Shown here: piece by piece, positions 51,318 through 64,000 of the stretch | Numbering within the stretch: the first letter of the stretch is position 1 | Layout: every line of letters starts with the position of its first letter | NCBI GenBank assembly: GCA_016748015.1 | Contig: JAAOMT010000678.1 | Location: 414,389-478,388, forward strand | Direction of reading: 5' to 3' | Source: Geosiphon pyriformis uo1 | Lineage: Eukaryota > Fungi > Glomeromycota | DNA length: 64,000 nucleotides | Notes under the pieces: model-generated | What the model saw: only the letters and a program-made list of their open reading frames with translations | Databases searched by the model: none | What the model was told of the DNA's origin: nothing | Position numbers and translations under genes: made by a program

Positions 51318-54300
51318 CCCTTTGTATGTAATTTACTTGGAAATTTGCTTAATAATTTGGGTTTCAGAGTAAATCACGCTCATGTAGGGCATGCTGTAAC
51401 AAAATCAGACAAAGTGAACGTGTGAAATAAAGTGGTCGGTGGTCAGACAAGAGAATGATGGAGGCCCCAAAAAGAGCAATTTTTGCTGCTGCATTTACAT
51501 TCCTTTCTTATGTTGTGTATTTTATCCTCCTTGCTGAACACTGGAGATGAACACAATGACACTATTTAAGTGAACAATCTGATTCACTCTACCAATTATC
51601 CTATAAGCACAATGAAGAATAACTTTAGAGAAACAGAATAGGCATTTTTTCAAAAAATTGTATTCATTAATAATTGCTATATTTCTGTAAATCCTGTGTT
51701 GTGCCTCAATTTGTTTCATTCCTTGTTGAGAATTCTCTTAATACAGCTGTTTACAAATACTTAAAAGTGGTTGATACTAGCAAAAATTAATTTAAAAGTC
51801 TTTGGTACTATAATGATAGTATCTAGATTTGTTTCAGAGAAACTGATCTTTTGGCATAAAAATAAATGCTTTGTAATTATTAAATCAAATTTATTTATTT
51901 TGAAAACAAACAAAAAGTCAAACAATTAAGCAAAATTATTAAAAAAAACCACAAAACTGTTTAAGTTTTATTTTTTTTATATAATTTTTTTTTGAATAGA
52001 TTTGTATTTAAAGAAATTGTGATAGTACATGTATTTCTATTGCTTACAAGGTTTTATTCGATATATATAATAAGCTTTTAATGCTTGTAAGTATTTTCTT
52101 TATCTTAATAACTTCAAGTTACTTTACTTATATTTTTGCTTTACAATTTTCAGCTGTTAGTAAATTTGAGATTTGGATTTTATTATAATCTTCTGATTTT
52201 TTAATTAATATTTATCTATTTAAATTTCAATTGTGAAAGCTTTTTATGCAAAAATTTCAATGTATCAGCCAAGTTTTTAACTTGTAATACATGAGTTTTT
52301 TATTTTGAATGGTTTAAAGTTGGCATTTTTATGGTTGGCATAAACTTGTAATATTAATTTTGTTTTTTTTTGTTTCAAAATTTGATTTAAGAAAGGTTTT
52401 GTCAAATTTTATTTTTTCAACAAACATATTATTATTACAGATTAGAGTAATATACTGGGTTTTTTTTGCTTGGTAAAAATTGGTAATTTAATTTTATTTT
52501 CAATTAAAATATGTTATATATGTTAACAATGATAAAATACAATATGTAAAAATCTTGTTAATAATTAATAGCTTTTAAATAAAAAAAGAAAATCCAATAA
52601 TAATTACAATTATATTAATAAATATTATTAATATAACATATGTATTAAAACATAAAATGTTGAAAATTAATTATTTTTTATGTATTATTATTAAAAAAAT
52701 TAACAATTTTTTTTGTTGTTATTTTCTTGGTAAAAATTATTCTTTAAAAAACTATATGTTAATATTATTTAAAACAATTTTCTAAATTTCTTCTGATTTT
52801 CTAAGTATGTTTGTAAATTTTTTATTTTTATTTTTTCTTTGTGCTCTTAGCATTTAAGAATATTGTATTAATAGTAATATTCTATTAACTTTTTTTTATT
52901 TCATGTTATATATTTTTGGCAAATAATTACAATAATAGTTCAAATTTTTCGCATCATAGATATAAGTTAATTAGAAATAATAACTATTTTAAATTTACTT
53001 ATAAAACACAATATTTGATGTTTTAAATTTCAAAAACATTAGTTTAAACTTTGCTGCTTTTTTTTTCAGTCTGTTTTTTTTGGCTTTTTACTATTAAGTG
53101 TTTTAATATTATATTATTTTGGCTAAAACAAGATAAATACAAAAAAATTCAATTAATATTACACAAAATCTAGCCATAAATATTACTCATTTATATGTTT
53201 ATAATAAATATATATACTTTAATAATATTTGATAGATTGGTTTTAACTTGTTGCTAAATGTTTTGATTTGACAAAAAAATTTTTCAATACTATAATTTTA
53301 GAAAACATAACTTTTTAGTTAGTATAGTTTTAATTAAAACTGACTTTTTCTTATTTTTTTACTTTGAAAATTTATTATATAATTGTGTTAAAAATATGTG
53401 GTTAGGCTGCACTCGTTAAATTAAAAAAAATAGTGCAAAAAACATTTAAGTAAATAGAAAATAATATATATAAATTTATATTAGGTTTTGTAAATTATAG
53501 ACATTATATTTTTTATTTTTTATTTTCAAACTATTCGAACAAAATTAATAAGAAAATTAATTTTTAAAAAAAAAAACAGAATCTTTAATAATTGCTGGTA
53601 TTTAAATTACTCATAAAAAATAATAATTTAATATTTGGGATTCATATACAAAAATTTACACTAAATTTAAATTTAATTTGGTGTAGTTTCATATATAATT
53701 GCTTAATATTTAATAAAAATTAGCATTATAATAAACCAAAAATATTTCTAAAGCAATATAAATTTTTTTATCTTTATGGTTTCTTAGATAATATTAGAAA
53801 AAACTTTAAATACTTAATAATTGATTTTTTGCTTAAAAACTAATTACTGCTTTATATTGAGCAAACTGTTTTTTTTTAAACAATTTGTTATAAAGTAGAT
53901 ATAACAATATGGTACTTATTATCTATGTTTCTATTATTATTTTGTTTGGTTAAAATTCTATAAATAAAATTTTGTAAAAATACCACAATTAAAAATTTAT
54001 TAAAATAATTATTATATATATATATTTTTAATTGTTTTAAGAGAATTAAAAAAAACTGAATATAATTATGCTGTTTGTATTTATTGTTTGCCAAGTTTTT
54101 TGAATAAATTTTTAAGATAATAAAGCTTGATTAATATTTTTTTGAATTTTTTTTGTAAAATTCTATTTTACTTCATTCTTATAGTTATTATTAAAAGTTT
54201 TCAATATATATATAAAGAAAACCCCAATTTTAATAGCCTAAAAATAAATAATCAGGCCTTCAAAATAAAGTTTTTCTTGACAAAAAATTTGCCAAAGACC

Positions 54301-54747
54301 AAATCAAAAATTTTAATTACACTTGCTATGAATTCATCATTGTTTTCTTTTAAAAGTTGTTTCTTTTCAAAAGCCTATATAAATGAAAGGCTTGACTTTT
54401 ACGGTTTCTTATATCAAATCTGATGGAATTTGGTCGAGTGTTGGCACATTTGATGTAACTTCAAGATAAAGCATTTTCAGACATTTTGTAAACAGAAATT
54501 TCTCACTGTTTGAGATTCTATTTCATTCTTACTCAGTGCGATAATAGGCTAAACTGAAACTGATTATGGCAGCAGAAGTGGTTGATTGTTGCTAAGATTC
54601 CATAGAAGATGGTCTTTACTCAGTGCTTTCTTGCCAAGATTGTCATCATTGTAAAAATAATGTTTTAGATTGATAGTACACCATCAAAAAGATAAAAAGT
54701 AAAGAAATTAAAGAAGTTTTTATCTGTTTTAAAATGGCGTACAAAAA
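51318..54747 (-). mobile_element. Putative TIR element carrying a decayed TnpB/Fanzor-like nuclease gene
   Basis: Left end TTAA|CCCTTTGTATGTAATTT and right end AAATGGCGTACAAAAA|TTAA form a degenerate inverted repeat; a Fanzor-like C-terminus lies at 51364-51760. Confidence 0.5.
51364..51760 (-). pseudogene. TnpB/Fanzor-like RuvC nuclease C-terminus (pseudogene)
   Basis: VNSCIKR-SQQGMKQIEAQH..IINEYNFLKKCLFCFSK..VHLNSVI-CVHLQCSARRIKYTT*ERNVNAAAKIALFGASII: RuvC-II Glu, CxxC and CxxxxC zinc finger, and RuvC-III R(D>N)xNAAxxI. Confidence 0.8.
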
Positions 54748-55247
54748 TTAAAATTAGTTAATAAAAGCTTGATGTATTAAAAAAATCCATTATAAAAAAT
54801 CTTACTAGTTATCCAAGTGTTCTAATATTAATGGAGCCACTGTTGAAGGAGCAAATTTCGGAAATTAAGAATATTTAATTGACATTATAAACACGGATAT
54901 AAGGTGAGAGCAAGCAAATAAGTGAGAAATTATTCTAATCACATTTTAATGAATTACAAAAAATTGCTTCAGAGGCATTGGATTTGTTTGAATGGAAAAT
55001 ATGTGAATAAATTTTTAATAGGCAAGAGGGGCATAATATTAAAATTCTAAAATAAATTTTTTTGTCAAATTATTTTCATAACATCAACTCCTAAAAGATT
55101 TTACCCCGAGCAAACAAGCCTTATAAGTAGATATTTGGGATTTTGGAACTTGATCTTAAAACTGTATTCGATAAATATCCACTTGATTTTCAAGAATAAT
55201 TACCTGGAATTAATATTTCCAAAAATTTTTATTTGCTCTGATTGACA

Positions 55248-56489
55248 TCAAGCATATGAAGGCTTATGCATATAATATCCTAGATAGGGACCATAACGAA
55301 TACTTGTAGTCAAACCGTTTTTGACAGCTTTTTCATTGCATTCCTAAATCATATAAATTTAAATATGAAATATACTCTTAAAATTCCAAACAATAAGCTT
55401 CTTAAAACTCACCCGAGGCTTGATACTTTTTCCCATTTCTCCCATACATCGAAAAACAATTTGAGCACCTCGACAATTACAATCAGCTTGAATCCAATAT
55501 TCAATTCCAAAATGTACTCTTTCACTTGGGTTAAATTCAGTAGAAAAATTCGCCAAAAAAGGTAATTGAGGGAGAATATCATTCTCCAAAGTTACTCGAT
55601 AGATATTAAATGAAATATTATCTTGTAGGTTTTTAGATGGTGATAGACTTGTAATGTATTGAGCGAATTTGAAATTTCCAATTCTTGGCAAACCATAGAC
55701 AAACAAAATCATTTTAATAGGTCTATTAATGCGACGAATTGACTGCAAGAACTCTTTGAGATCGAGTGCCGCAAAAACGCAAAGAGCTATAGCCAGTTTA
55801 AATGATAATTGAGAAACAACATTTTATTTCATTACTGAAATGATGAATTAAAACTTACCTGCGTTCATATAATGTCCAGCAAAATATATTTTGGAAATCT
55901 GAGGATTTTCATCTAAAGTGCTTAAGATCTTGTGAAGCAAAATCTCGCTAATTTCTAAAAAATTGTCATATAAGACTTTATCTACCAAAGCCCCTTCAAG
56001 ATTCGGATATTCAATCAGCTTTTTCTTTTCTTTTCTCCAGTTTAGATTTCTTTTTCGTAAAGATACTTCAATTGCATTGTACTTAATATCAATTTTAGCT
56101 GTAAGAAAATTGACGTATTTATTAAATTGATTTACCTCTGGATCTCTTCGGAAAAAAAGGATACCAGCACACATGTTTTTTATTCATATAAATGTACCAT
56201 AAAATTCAGCAATCAGCATGTTTTTCCTACGGAGGCCATATGCTTGACTGGAGATGTGGGCGAATCTTTTCAACTTCTTTACTAATTTTGAATTTGGACT
56301 CAAGCTTTTAGGCAATGAAATACTATTTTGTGAGATTTTCAAAATATTTTTTGATGAGTTTATACTGGGAAGTGAACTGGCTTGAATGAAAATTTTGTCG
56401 AGAAAAAAAATTTGGAAATTCGAAAACAAAAAAATTGTCAGCAATAAAAATCTATACAACATTATATAATTCAAATGGAACTTGTTCAT
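55248..56489 (-). CDS. Secreted class-3 lipase homologue lacking catalytic Ser and His; join(56198..56489, 55859..56098, 55413..55786, 55248..55343), 333 aa
   Basis: AHISSQAY, IYFAGHYMNAALCVFAALDL, YGLPRIGN, RVTLENDILPQLP, HFGIEYWI and RYGPYLG; three GT-AG introns give an intact frame. Confidence 0.85.
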
Positions 56490-57264
56490 TTTAAAATTTG
56501 AGAGCTCCTTTTAATTCAAGGTTTTTGAATCATTTTATAATTAAACTTTTAAGGAGTTTCTTTGCTGTGAAACATTGATAGGAAAAATTTTTACAAAATG
56601 ATCAACGATTTGATAAATGTACTTTTGATTATCAACCCGAATCAAAAATAAATTTTAATTGTTTTTGGAATTAAAAATACCAAAATTAAAAGAATTTTAT
56701 TTTAAAATTTAATCAAGACAAAAGAAATTCAAAAACTTAATCTCTTTGAAACCTTTGAACTTTCAATTTTTTTTGTTAATTTTTCTAATTTCATGTTCAT
56801 GTTAAAAGTAAAGAAAAAGGTAATTGATTATTCTGTATACTAATCAGAAGATCGAATTAACTCGATAAAGTTTTCTGAAACAGGGGTAGTGCTTTTTTTT
56901 ATAAAAATATATATTTCTGTTATCTTGAACCAAACATTTCATTTTTCTTGTCGATAAAATTTGGATTTACCTTTTTTGGTTTCAAATTTGTTCACAATAC
57001 TCAATCTTTTCTAAAAAAGTTTGATTACAACTGCAAAACATAATAAACTGTCAATAATTTGTGCACGACCATTAGATAACAGCCTGATATTCTTTTTAAC
57101 ATTTGAAAGCGAAGCTCACAAAAAATTAAAATATTTCAAAATTCTAAATTATATATTGTCCTAATCTTTCAAAAAAGATGGCAAGAAGCAAGGTGAAAAA
57201 ATTCTCTTTATTACTTGGGATAATTTTTTATACAAACTTTGAAAATTTGACTATATCTCAAATG

Positions 57265-58560
57265 TCAGATCTTTCCCATACGATAACCAAAATAATTACC
57301 AAGCCGTCGATTAAGGGATTTATTAATCATTCTTTCCTTTATTGCAATCCTGAAATTTATAATTTATTTGATTTCAATAATACTTAATCTTTTTGCAAAA
57401 CTCAAAAGACAAATTTTTAGTCAAAAATAACTTGAGGTTTAAGAATTTGTCTGTTTATTATGTCAATATCGCCCCATTTTTCATAAAATCTTTGGTGACT
57501 ATTGCAATTACAATCATCCATAAGCCAATATTCTCGTACAAAATGGTACCTCCCTAAAAAATTGAGTTCACTTGCCTTTTCTAATTGCAAAAAAGCATTA
57601 GAATATTGAGTGTGGGTGTATGCGGTCAGTTTATTAGCATTTCGAAATGGGAAGTTGTGAAAAAATATCGTCGTTCAAGGTGACTCGAAAAATTCCGTTT
57701 ACAGTCATTTGGCTTTCATCAGTGTATTTGAAAGCATTTTGAACGTACTTTCCGAATATTTTGTTTCCAAGACGTGGTAAAGCATAGGTGACACACAAAA
57801 ATTTTTGATTGGGACCTTTTTACGTTTCACATAATCGAGCATGTTGAGAGTGGCTAAGACGCTGAGACCTAGCAATAAATAAATTTTTTAAATATTAACT
57901 TACAACGATTTATTACTTTGAAAACAGACAAGAAAATCACAGACGTTAGAAATACTAGCCTCCATTTATAAAATGCTCAACATAATGAATTGCAGTTATT
58001 TTCTTTATAATTTGAGATACCATAATGAAAAGTTTCTTATCAATGTGCTGAAAATCATTATAAAATCCTTCATCAACACGTGCTCCATTCACATTGAGAT
58101 AATTTGTAAGCCTTTTTGGTTTTGTCCGCCATTTGCAATTTGTTCTACGTATGAGAACCTTCAGGAAATTCCAATTTTTTACGAAACCCAACTAAAGTAT
58201 AAACGTTAAATCAATTAATCGTTACAGAAAGTTAACAAAATAAAGATATGGGGACATGGTTTTAACCGTAGATTTCAGGAAACAATCTTTGCGTTTTATT
58301 ATTGATGGTATAAACCATTTTTAAAAAATAGGCATTTTCAGCTAATTGTTGAACAAGTTTCGAATAGAAGTCTAACGGTTGAATTTTATTTATCGCTTTA
58401 AGCTCATTTAACCAGTTTCTTTTTTTTTTATTAAAATTTTTGGAAAAAAATGGGTTCTATAACTAAATATTTGAAAATATTTCTACAGAAAAATTGCCAG
58501 CATTAATAAAATAAGCCAAACTATAATGAATGGGTAGACACAAGAAAACGTTTTTTATGC
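57265..58560 (-). pseudogene. Tandem class-3 lipase paralogue, frameshifted
   Basis: GARVDEGFY, VEHFINGGLSVLATL, TYALPRLGN, HFVREYWLMDDCNC and LGNYFGYRM; frame disruptions present. Confidence 0.72.
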
Positions 58561-60347
58561 AAGAAAATAAATATTCTTTTCAAATACAAAAAAGGTTTTA
58601 ATCTAATACAGGGAACTTTTATATTTTTCTACAGATGTAATTCATGATTTTTCAAGTTTTCATTTAATAAGTCTGAAGTAAAATCATTTCGATCCCAAAG
58701 GTGTTTTGCTGTATGTTTCGTTTTGAACGCTGTTTTTTTGTACTCATGAGTGAAATTGACCAATATTTGCCCATTAATATTTATAAATCTCTTATGAAGT
58801 ATTTTCTTCACTTGTAAATTAAAGAATTAAAATTTTCTCACATCATATAACAAGATTTACGAATGGAATGCTTTATTTAACTAATATTTCTCATGATGAA
58901 AGCCAATAAGCTTTTAATAATACTTGCTTTCAATCTACTCTATCATATTCTGTTTTTTTTTTATGGATTTGAGCTTTATCATTTCTTTCAGCCAAATTTG
59001 ATACACTCCAATTCACAAATATAGAAAAGATATAACTATATTATTTTGAAAAAAAGTAAAATAAATATTTTTTTGAATTATTTTAAAAGTTAAATAAAAT
59101 ATTCAGTCTTTTAGAAAATTTTAATTACATTTATTTAAGAACTTCTTTTCTAAAACAAAAAGACCAAATATTTTTACTAAAGGTTTATTAAAATTTTCAG
59201 ATATTTTAAAGTCTTATCAAAAATTAGAATGGCAAAAGCTAAAAAAAAAAAATCTTGATAAAGTACGTTAAAATGCAGCTGATAAAAATAGAATAATAAA
59301 TGAAATCAGGGTTTCACTGTTTCACCGTAAATAAAAAAGAAATGACTCTTTTTAATTACCAAGTTTCACAGGACCTTTCATGTTCATTTTTATTTAAAAA
59401 TTAATGCAAAGAAAATTTTTTCATGTTAAATGCTGATCATAATTAGCAACTCTTAGAATCTATTTCTATTATTGGCCCCCAACATGTAAGAAATAACTTT
59501 CAAAAAAGGGAAAATAATGTAGAACAATGAGTGACTACATGCGTATATCAATTGGGTAACTATGTGGAATTGACTACTGGGGATAATACTTCAAAATACT
59601 CGCCCGATAATATGTTCAATCACTGTTAGAAAACAATGAAAATAATTTAATTGAAACCCTGACCTACAACGTTTTAACCCCTTCTTATAATCGATATTAC
59701 TCGAACAAGAAATTTTCTCAATTAGTATTATAATTTATTGTGTTGTATTTTTCTTTTATTACTCTATTTACTTTCAATTACAATAAGCAACTGGTAAATC
59801 GGAGTGAAAGCGATATATTAATAAATTTCATATTGAAATCCTCAAAAAGAAATCAAAAATATTTTTTAGTCTTTAAAAATGTTAGCATGGCTAAAAAGTA
59901 AAAAGTACCGATTGAAATTAAAATATAATCAAGTAATAAGCATATTACATTAAAAATATGGATGGAATCACTATCAGTTTCGAATTCCTTCTTCAAGCTT
60001 GAATATTTAAAAATAATCCAAAGAACAACCCTTTTTTCTACTTAAAAACCTTAGGTTATCATAAATTTATTCTTGTGAATTTTCCAAGGCATTTTACTAC
60101 CTAAAAAATTAATACATTGATGATAAATAAAATCCTTGTAAAATTCTCACAAAAGAAAGCTTAAATGGATGTGAACAGAATTTTACGAATTCCGTCTCCG
60201 TTTGAGGATAAATAAGAATAGATGACGAGGTAACTTAAAAAAAGCAAATTAAGCATAAATAAGAAGAAAGATAGTCAGGACTAAAAACTGTTTGTAAAAA
60301 TGTGAAAACTAAATGGCGAGTTCAAGTACGATAGAATCTGAAAATAA

Positions 60348-61366
60348 TCAATGCTGTTTCGAAGAGCTAGAGTTAAAAAAATTAATTTCATAGATATCAC
60401 CGTCACAAGCAACATGCAAAGGATCATGACTGTTTGCAGCGGCAACAGTGCCAGTCCAGTTATCCAACAAAACTTGGTAATTTCCTTCAGCATCAACTTG
60501 ATACAAATTATCAGAACAAAAAATGTACAATGTGTCCTTTCTAGCAACCATAGCAGTTGTTTGCTCCCAGCCAGAATCAATCTTAGTGGGAATAAAATCA
60601 TTCAAGTTAATTCGCCAAAGTTTCCCATTAGAAGTAACAAAATAAGCATCCTCTTGGATGACAGCCGCAGCCAAAGTCTCGCCTAAATTATGAACGATTC
60701 TTTCGTGATATCCATCTTCTCGTATCCGCCAAAGGTCGTCATTGAACGCAAAAAGATAATCCTTAAAGGAGACGAGAGCCGTAATATTGTTCAAGCCACC
60801 TATGCTTATTTTTTGGTGTTCGTAATTTGAGAGGTCAATTTTCAAAAACCCACCAGTTTTTGATGCGACGAAGGCATATTCATTCAATTTGGTGGCAGCA
60901 GAGATGCTACCCAAACCATCCCCGACTTTTTGGAAGTCCCCATCAAAATTAACCTCATAAAGATCATTACAAAATACCAATAATTTGTCCCCATTACTCA
61001 AAATAGCCTGAGTATCTTGCCAGCCATTGCTGATTATTGTCCAAGATACTAATGGCTTATTCGCTACTGAATCTGATCGAAAATTTTAGAAAATAGACAA
61101 TTAAAAGTCAAAAAAAAACAAAGACTGTGACAGTTTTATGGAATCATTCAAAAAATGAATAATACCTATTTCGAATAATGGTTCATGATAGATTTGGGAG
61201 GAAGATGAAAGTCTTTGTTTTTAAAAATAATTTTTTTGTTAGAAAAAGAATTAAACACGGGAACAATTATTCATAAAAAACTTTCGACTTACGTGATGTC
61301 GTGCAGCGAAGGAAAGAGTGATAAGGTTGAGAGACGAGCGCCATTCGAGTGTTCATGGGGAAACAT
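60348..61366 (-). CDS. Six-bladed beta-propeller protein (tachylectin/lectin-like repeats); join(61293..61366, 61166..61212, 60348..61072), ~281 aa, start uncertain
   Basis: Six ~37-39-aa repeats, e.g. GWQDTQAILSNGDKLLVFCNDLYEVN and GWEQTTAMVARKDTLYIFCSDNLYQVD; GT-AG introns keep the frame. Confidence 0.78.
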
Positions 61367-64000
61367 AAGCTTCCTTGAAGAGCTCGTAAAACGAAGTTTC
61401 GCAAAGTGAATTTCTCTTCTTTTCTAAAGAAAAAAAACTTTTCAAGTAACAACTCGATTGCTTTGTCTTTAACCTTTGGAGCTTTAGATACAAATAACAC
61501 TATTTATTTTTCTCTTGAAAAAAGAGGAGATTTTGGCTTGGCGCATAGAGTTTCGCCAAAACATCGGACTACAGATTTCATGACGACAATTGTTACCGAT
61601 TCTATATATATGTAAAAGTTTGGGAACAACGCAGTAAATCTTCTTGTAATCGAGATTAACTGATGACGCATCGAAGAGAAACTTGCCGAATTTATTCACA
61701 AATATACATCACATGTTACCAAAGAAAAATGGCGTTTGGATCAAAAAGCGCGCGCAACCTTAATTCCGATAAGTGAAAACCTCAAGAAACACAAGCAGTG
61801 CATTTCTTTTGACTTACCTAGCCACCGGTCGATCAGTTAGTTTGACGAAATATTTTTTGTAAGGTGTTTACTAAATCTATTTAGGACAACGGGCAATCAT
61901 CTGAAAACATTGGTCCTTCGGTGTTTTGTTTCCAGCCGTCCTGGAGATAAAACAAATGAATCTGCACTTTGCATACAATTATGTTCTATTGGCGATCTTT
62001 TGAGGTAATCTGTATTGAATCGTGGTGGTGTCACTGATTACGAAAAATTCCTGTATTCCCAAAAGAATTCATTCGAAATCGTCTCAGAATTTTGAAATTC
62101 TACAATAGAAAAGAAAAATTAGCATGAAAAAAAAGGTCTTAACTCTCCGATTCTTTCTGTCATAAATATATAATTATTAATTATTCCTATTTTAGAAGTC
62201 GAATTGTAAGATCTATCCTTTTCATGATTAGATAAACAAAGAAACCTTTGTCTGTTGACGAGGAGAGCCAATGCAAACCATTATAAATAAAGACTTGAAT
62301 GATCAAAAAGATTTGAAATTCACATCTTAAGAGCACATGTTGTACCAAATGAAATGGAAATAATCCCTTGAATTTTACAATGGTTGTAAGATATTTTTCA
62401 AAAGAAATTGGAAATATAAAAAAATGATAGCAAGCATTTTTATCATATGAAAAAGGAAGAGTAGAATAAATAAATCAATTTCTTGTATGATATACAAGAG
62501 ATTTAAAGCCTGAAAACATGATAATGAAACTTTGAAAGAAATTTCGGGGATAAATCTCGTCGTATCTCGAAATCCGAGTTTTCAAAAACACACGGTTGTT
62601 TCTTTTGACTCATGACGTCTAATTATCGAATGTTTTAATGATCTCATAGATTTCACCTTTAATATAGCCTGGTATTATATATATATATCTTTTAATTCAA
62701 CATTTTAGCATGACTTTCAAACGCTTGTATACTGATCTTAATCACTTTTAACATGTTTTACTTCTTTAAATATAAATAGTTTTATACTAAAGTGATATAG
62801 TGCAAAGATTTCTAGAATTCGGAGTTTTCAACTTCGAACTCATGTTCCATAATTTATGATGAAAATTTTTATTTTTCAATCTTTTAATCATTGAATCATA
62901 TTAGAAAATTTTCGACTCAATTCCAACGCAGAAGACTATTTTCTTGTAAAATAATTTTATCTGAATCTAGTTTATATTGTATAAATAATTTATTTGACAA
63001 TTTGGAATTGATTAAAAACTATGCTTCAAATTTCAACATCAAAGGAAGTTCTAGATTCTTTTTAAGTTTTACTAATATGATTGTTCTGGGAGTATTTTAA
63101 GTCCTTTTCAAAACCTTCAAAGTCAGCTTTGGTTAATACTACTGTTAGGAAGAAGGTTCCCTAACCACATCTCAAAGTTCCTAATGTGCATTGATTGTAA
63201 ATCTTTTCTCTTTAATTTAAGAAATTTCTTGAATCGAAGAATTTAAAAGTTTCATTTTTTCTCGCTATTAACTCTAATTAATTAAGGGACAAAATATTTT
63301 CTTTTGCCACACATACTTTTTGGTGAGAACATTGGAATCTTGAGTTTTTTGCTGATGTTTGAGTACTGAATTAATTTTCAAGATTGTGTAGGTTGCCTTT
63401 CTCAACCATATAGTCAATAAAAGTATATATTCTATACCAAGCATCATAATTCAATTTTTTTTTAACATACTAAATTTGTTTGCTTAAACTTGAATGCCGG
63501 GCTTGGTAGCAATAATTTCCGATTCAACAATAATATTTGGAAAAAAAAGACAGAGAATTGGAGCCAAGAACTTTTTTGTATTTTTAATATTAGTGTGTTA
63601 ATTTAACTTTTTAAGGCCTCAATAGAAATTTACTGAGGAAAGCTCGCTTTTCATGTTGATCAATGTAAGCTATTTTCTTTGAACAAAGCCGATTATTGAG
63701 AAAACATCTCTGCAGCATGAAATCTTCATATTAAATTCCTAAATCTGTAAATGGATTTTTCATGAAAAGAATAAGGTTTTTACCACGCCAATTCAATGAG
63801 TCAAAAATAACTTGTATCGGAGTAAAAGTATTAAAAACTTTCTAAATCTGTTAGTTAAAAATTTGTCATACAACTTTTTATGGAAATATAGACGGGTCAT
63901 ATTTCCCGAAAGTTTCCTACTGACAAATCACAAGGTATTTCTAGAAATTTATTTAAAGTATAAACAGGGTAGTTTTTCATTACAAATTGCGAGAAATATT

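Overview
AT-rich eukaryotic DNA with short GT-AG introns, most consistent with a Glomeromycota/Mucoromycota fungus; the repeat families resemble Geosiphon pyriformis as I recall them, which is an inference. 1-23.3 kb is a transposon graveyard. It holds a near-complete dUTPase-carrying Ty3/Gypsy LTR element nested inside a second copy of the same family, which appears to be inserted in a LINE remnant. It also holds an ORF1-only LINE derivative, a pogo-type DNA transposon containing a Tc1-type insert, and an extremely AT-rich desert in which a hypermutated Gypsy protease relic is still recognisable. The gene space contains a Whi3/Scw1-like two-RRM RNA-binding protein with an array of 8 RRxS (PKA-type) sites, a Crinkler-like REase+kinase pseudogene, mitochondrial MnmE/MSS1 (10 exons), an F-box-like gene, a secreted Gly/Asn protein with mycobacterial PPE-MPTR-like NxGxGNxG repeats, a Cys-rich GPI-anchored protein, two tandem class-3 lipase homologues lacking catalytic residues, and a six-bladed beta-propeller protein. 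The top finding lies in apparently intergenic DNA at 51.3-54.7 kb: a decayed TnpB/Fanzor-like RNA-guided nuclease gene (RuvC-II NEY, CxxC/CxxxxC zinc finger, RuvC-III R[D]xNAA) within an element bounded by TTAA-flanked degenerate inverted repeats. Old repeats show overwhelming C>T/G>A hypermutation.
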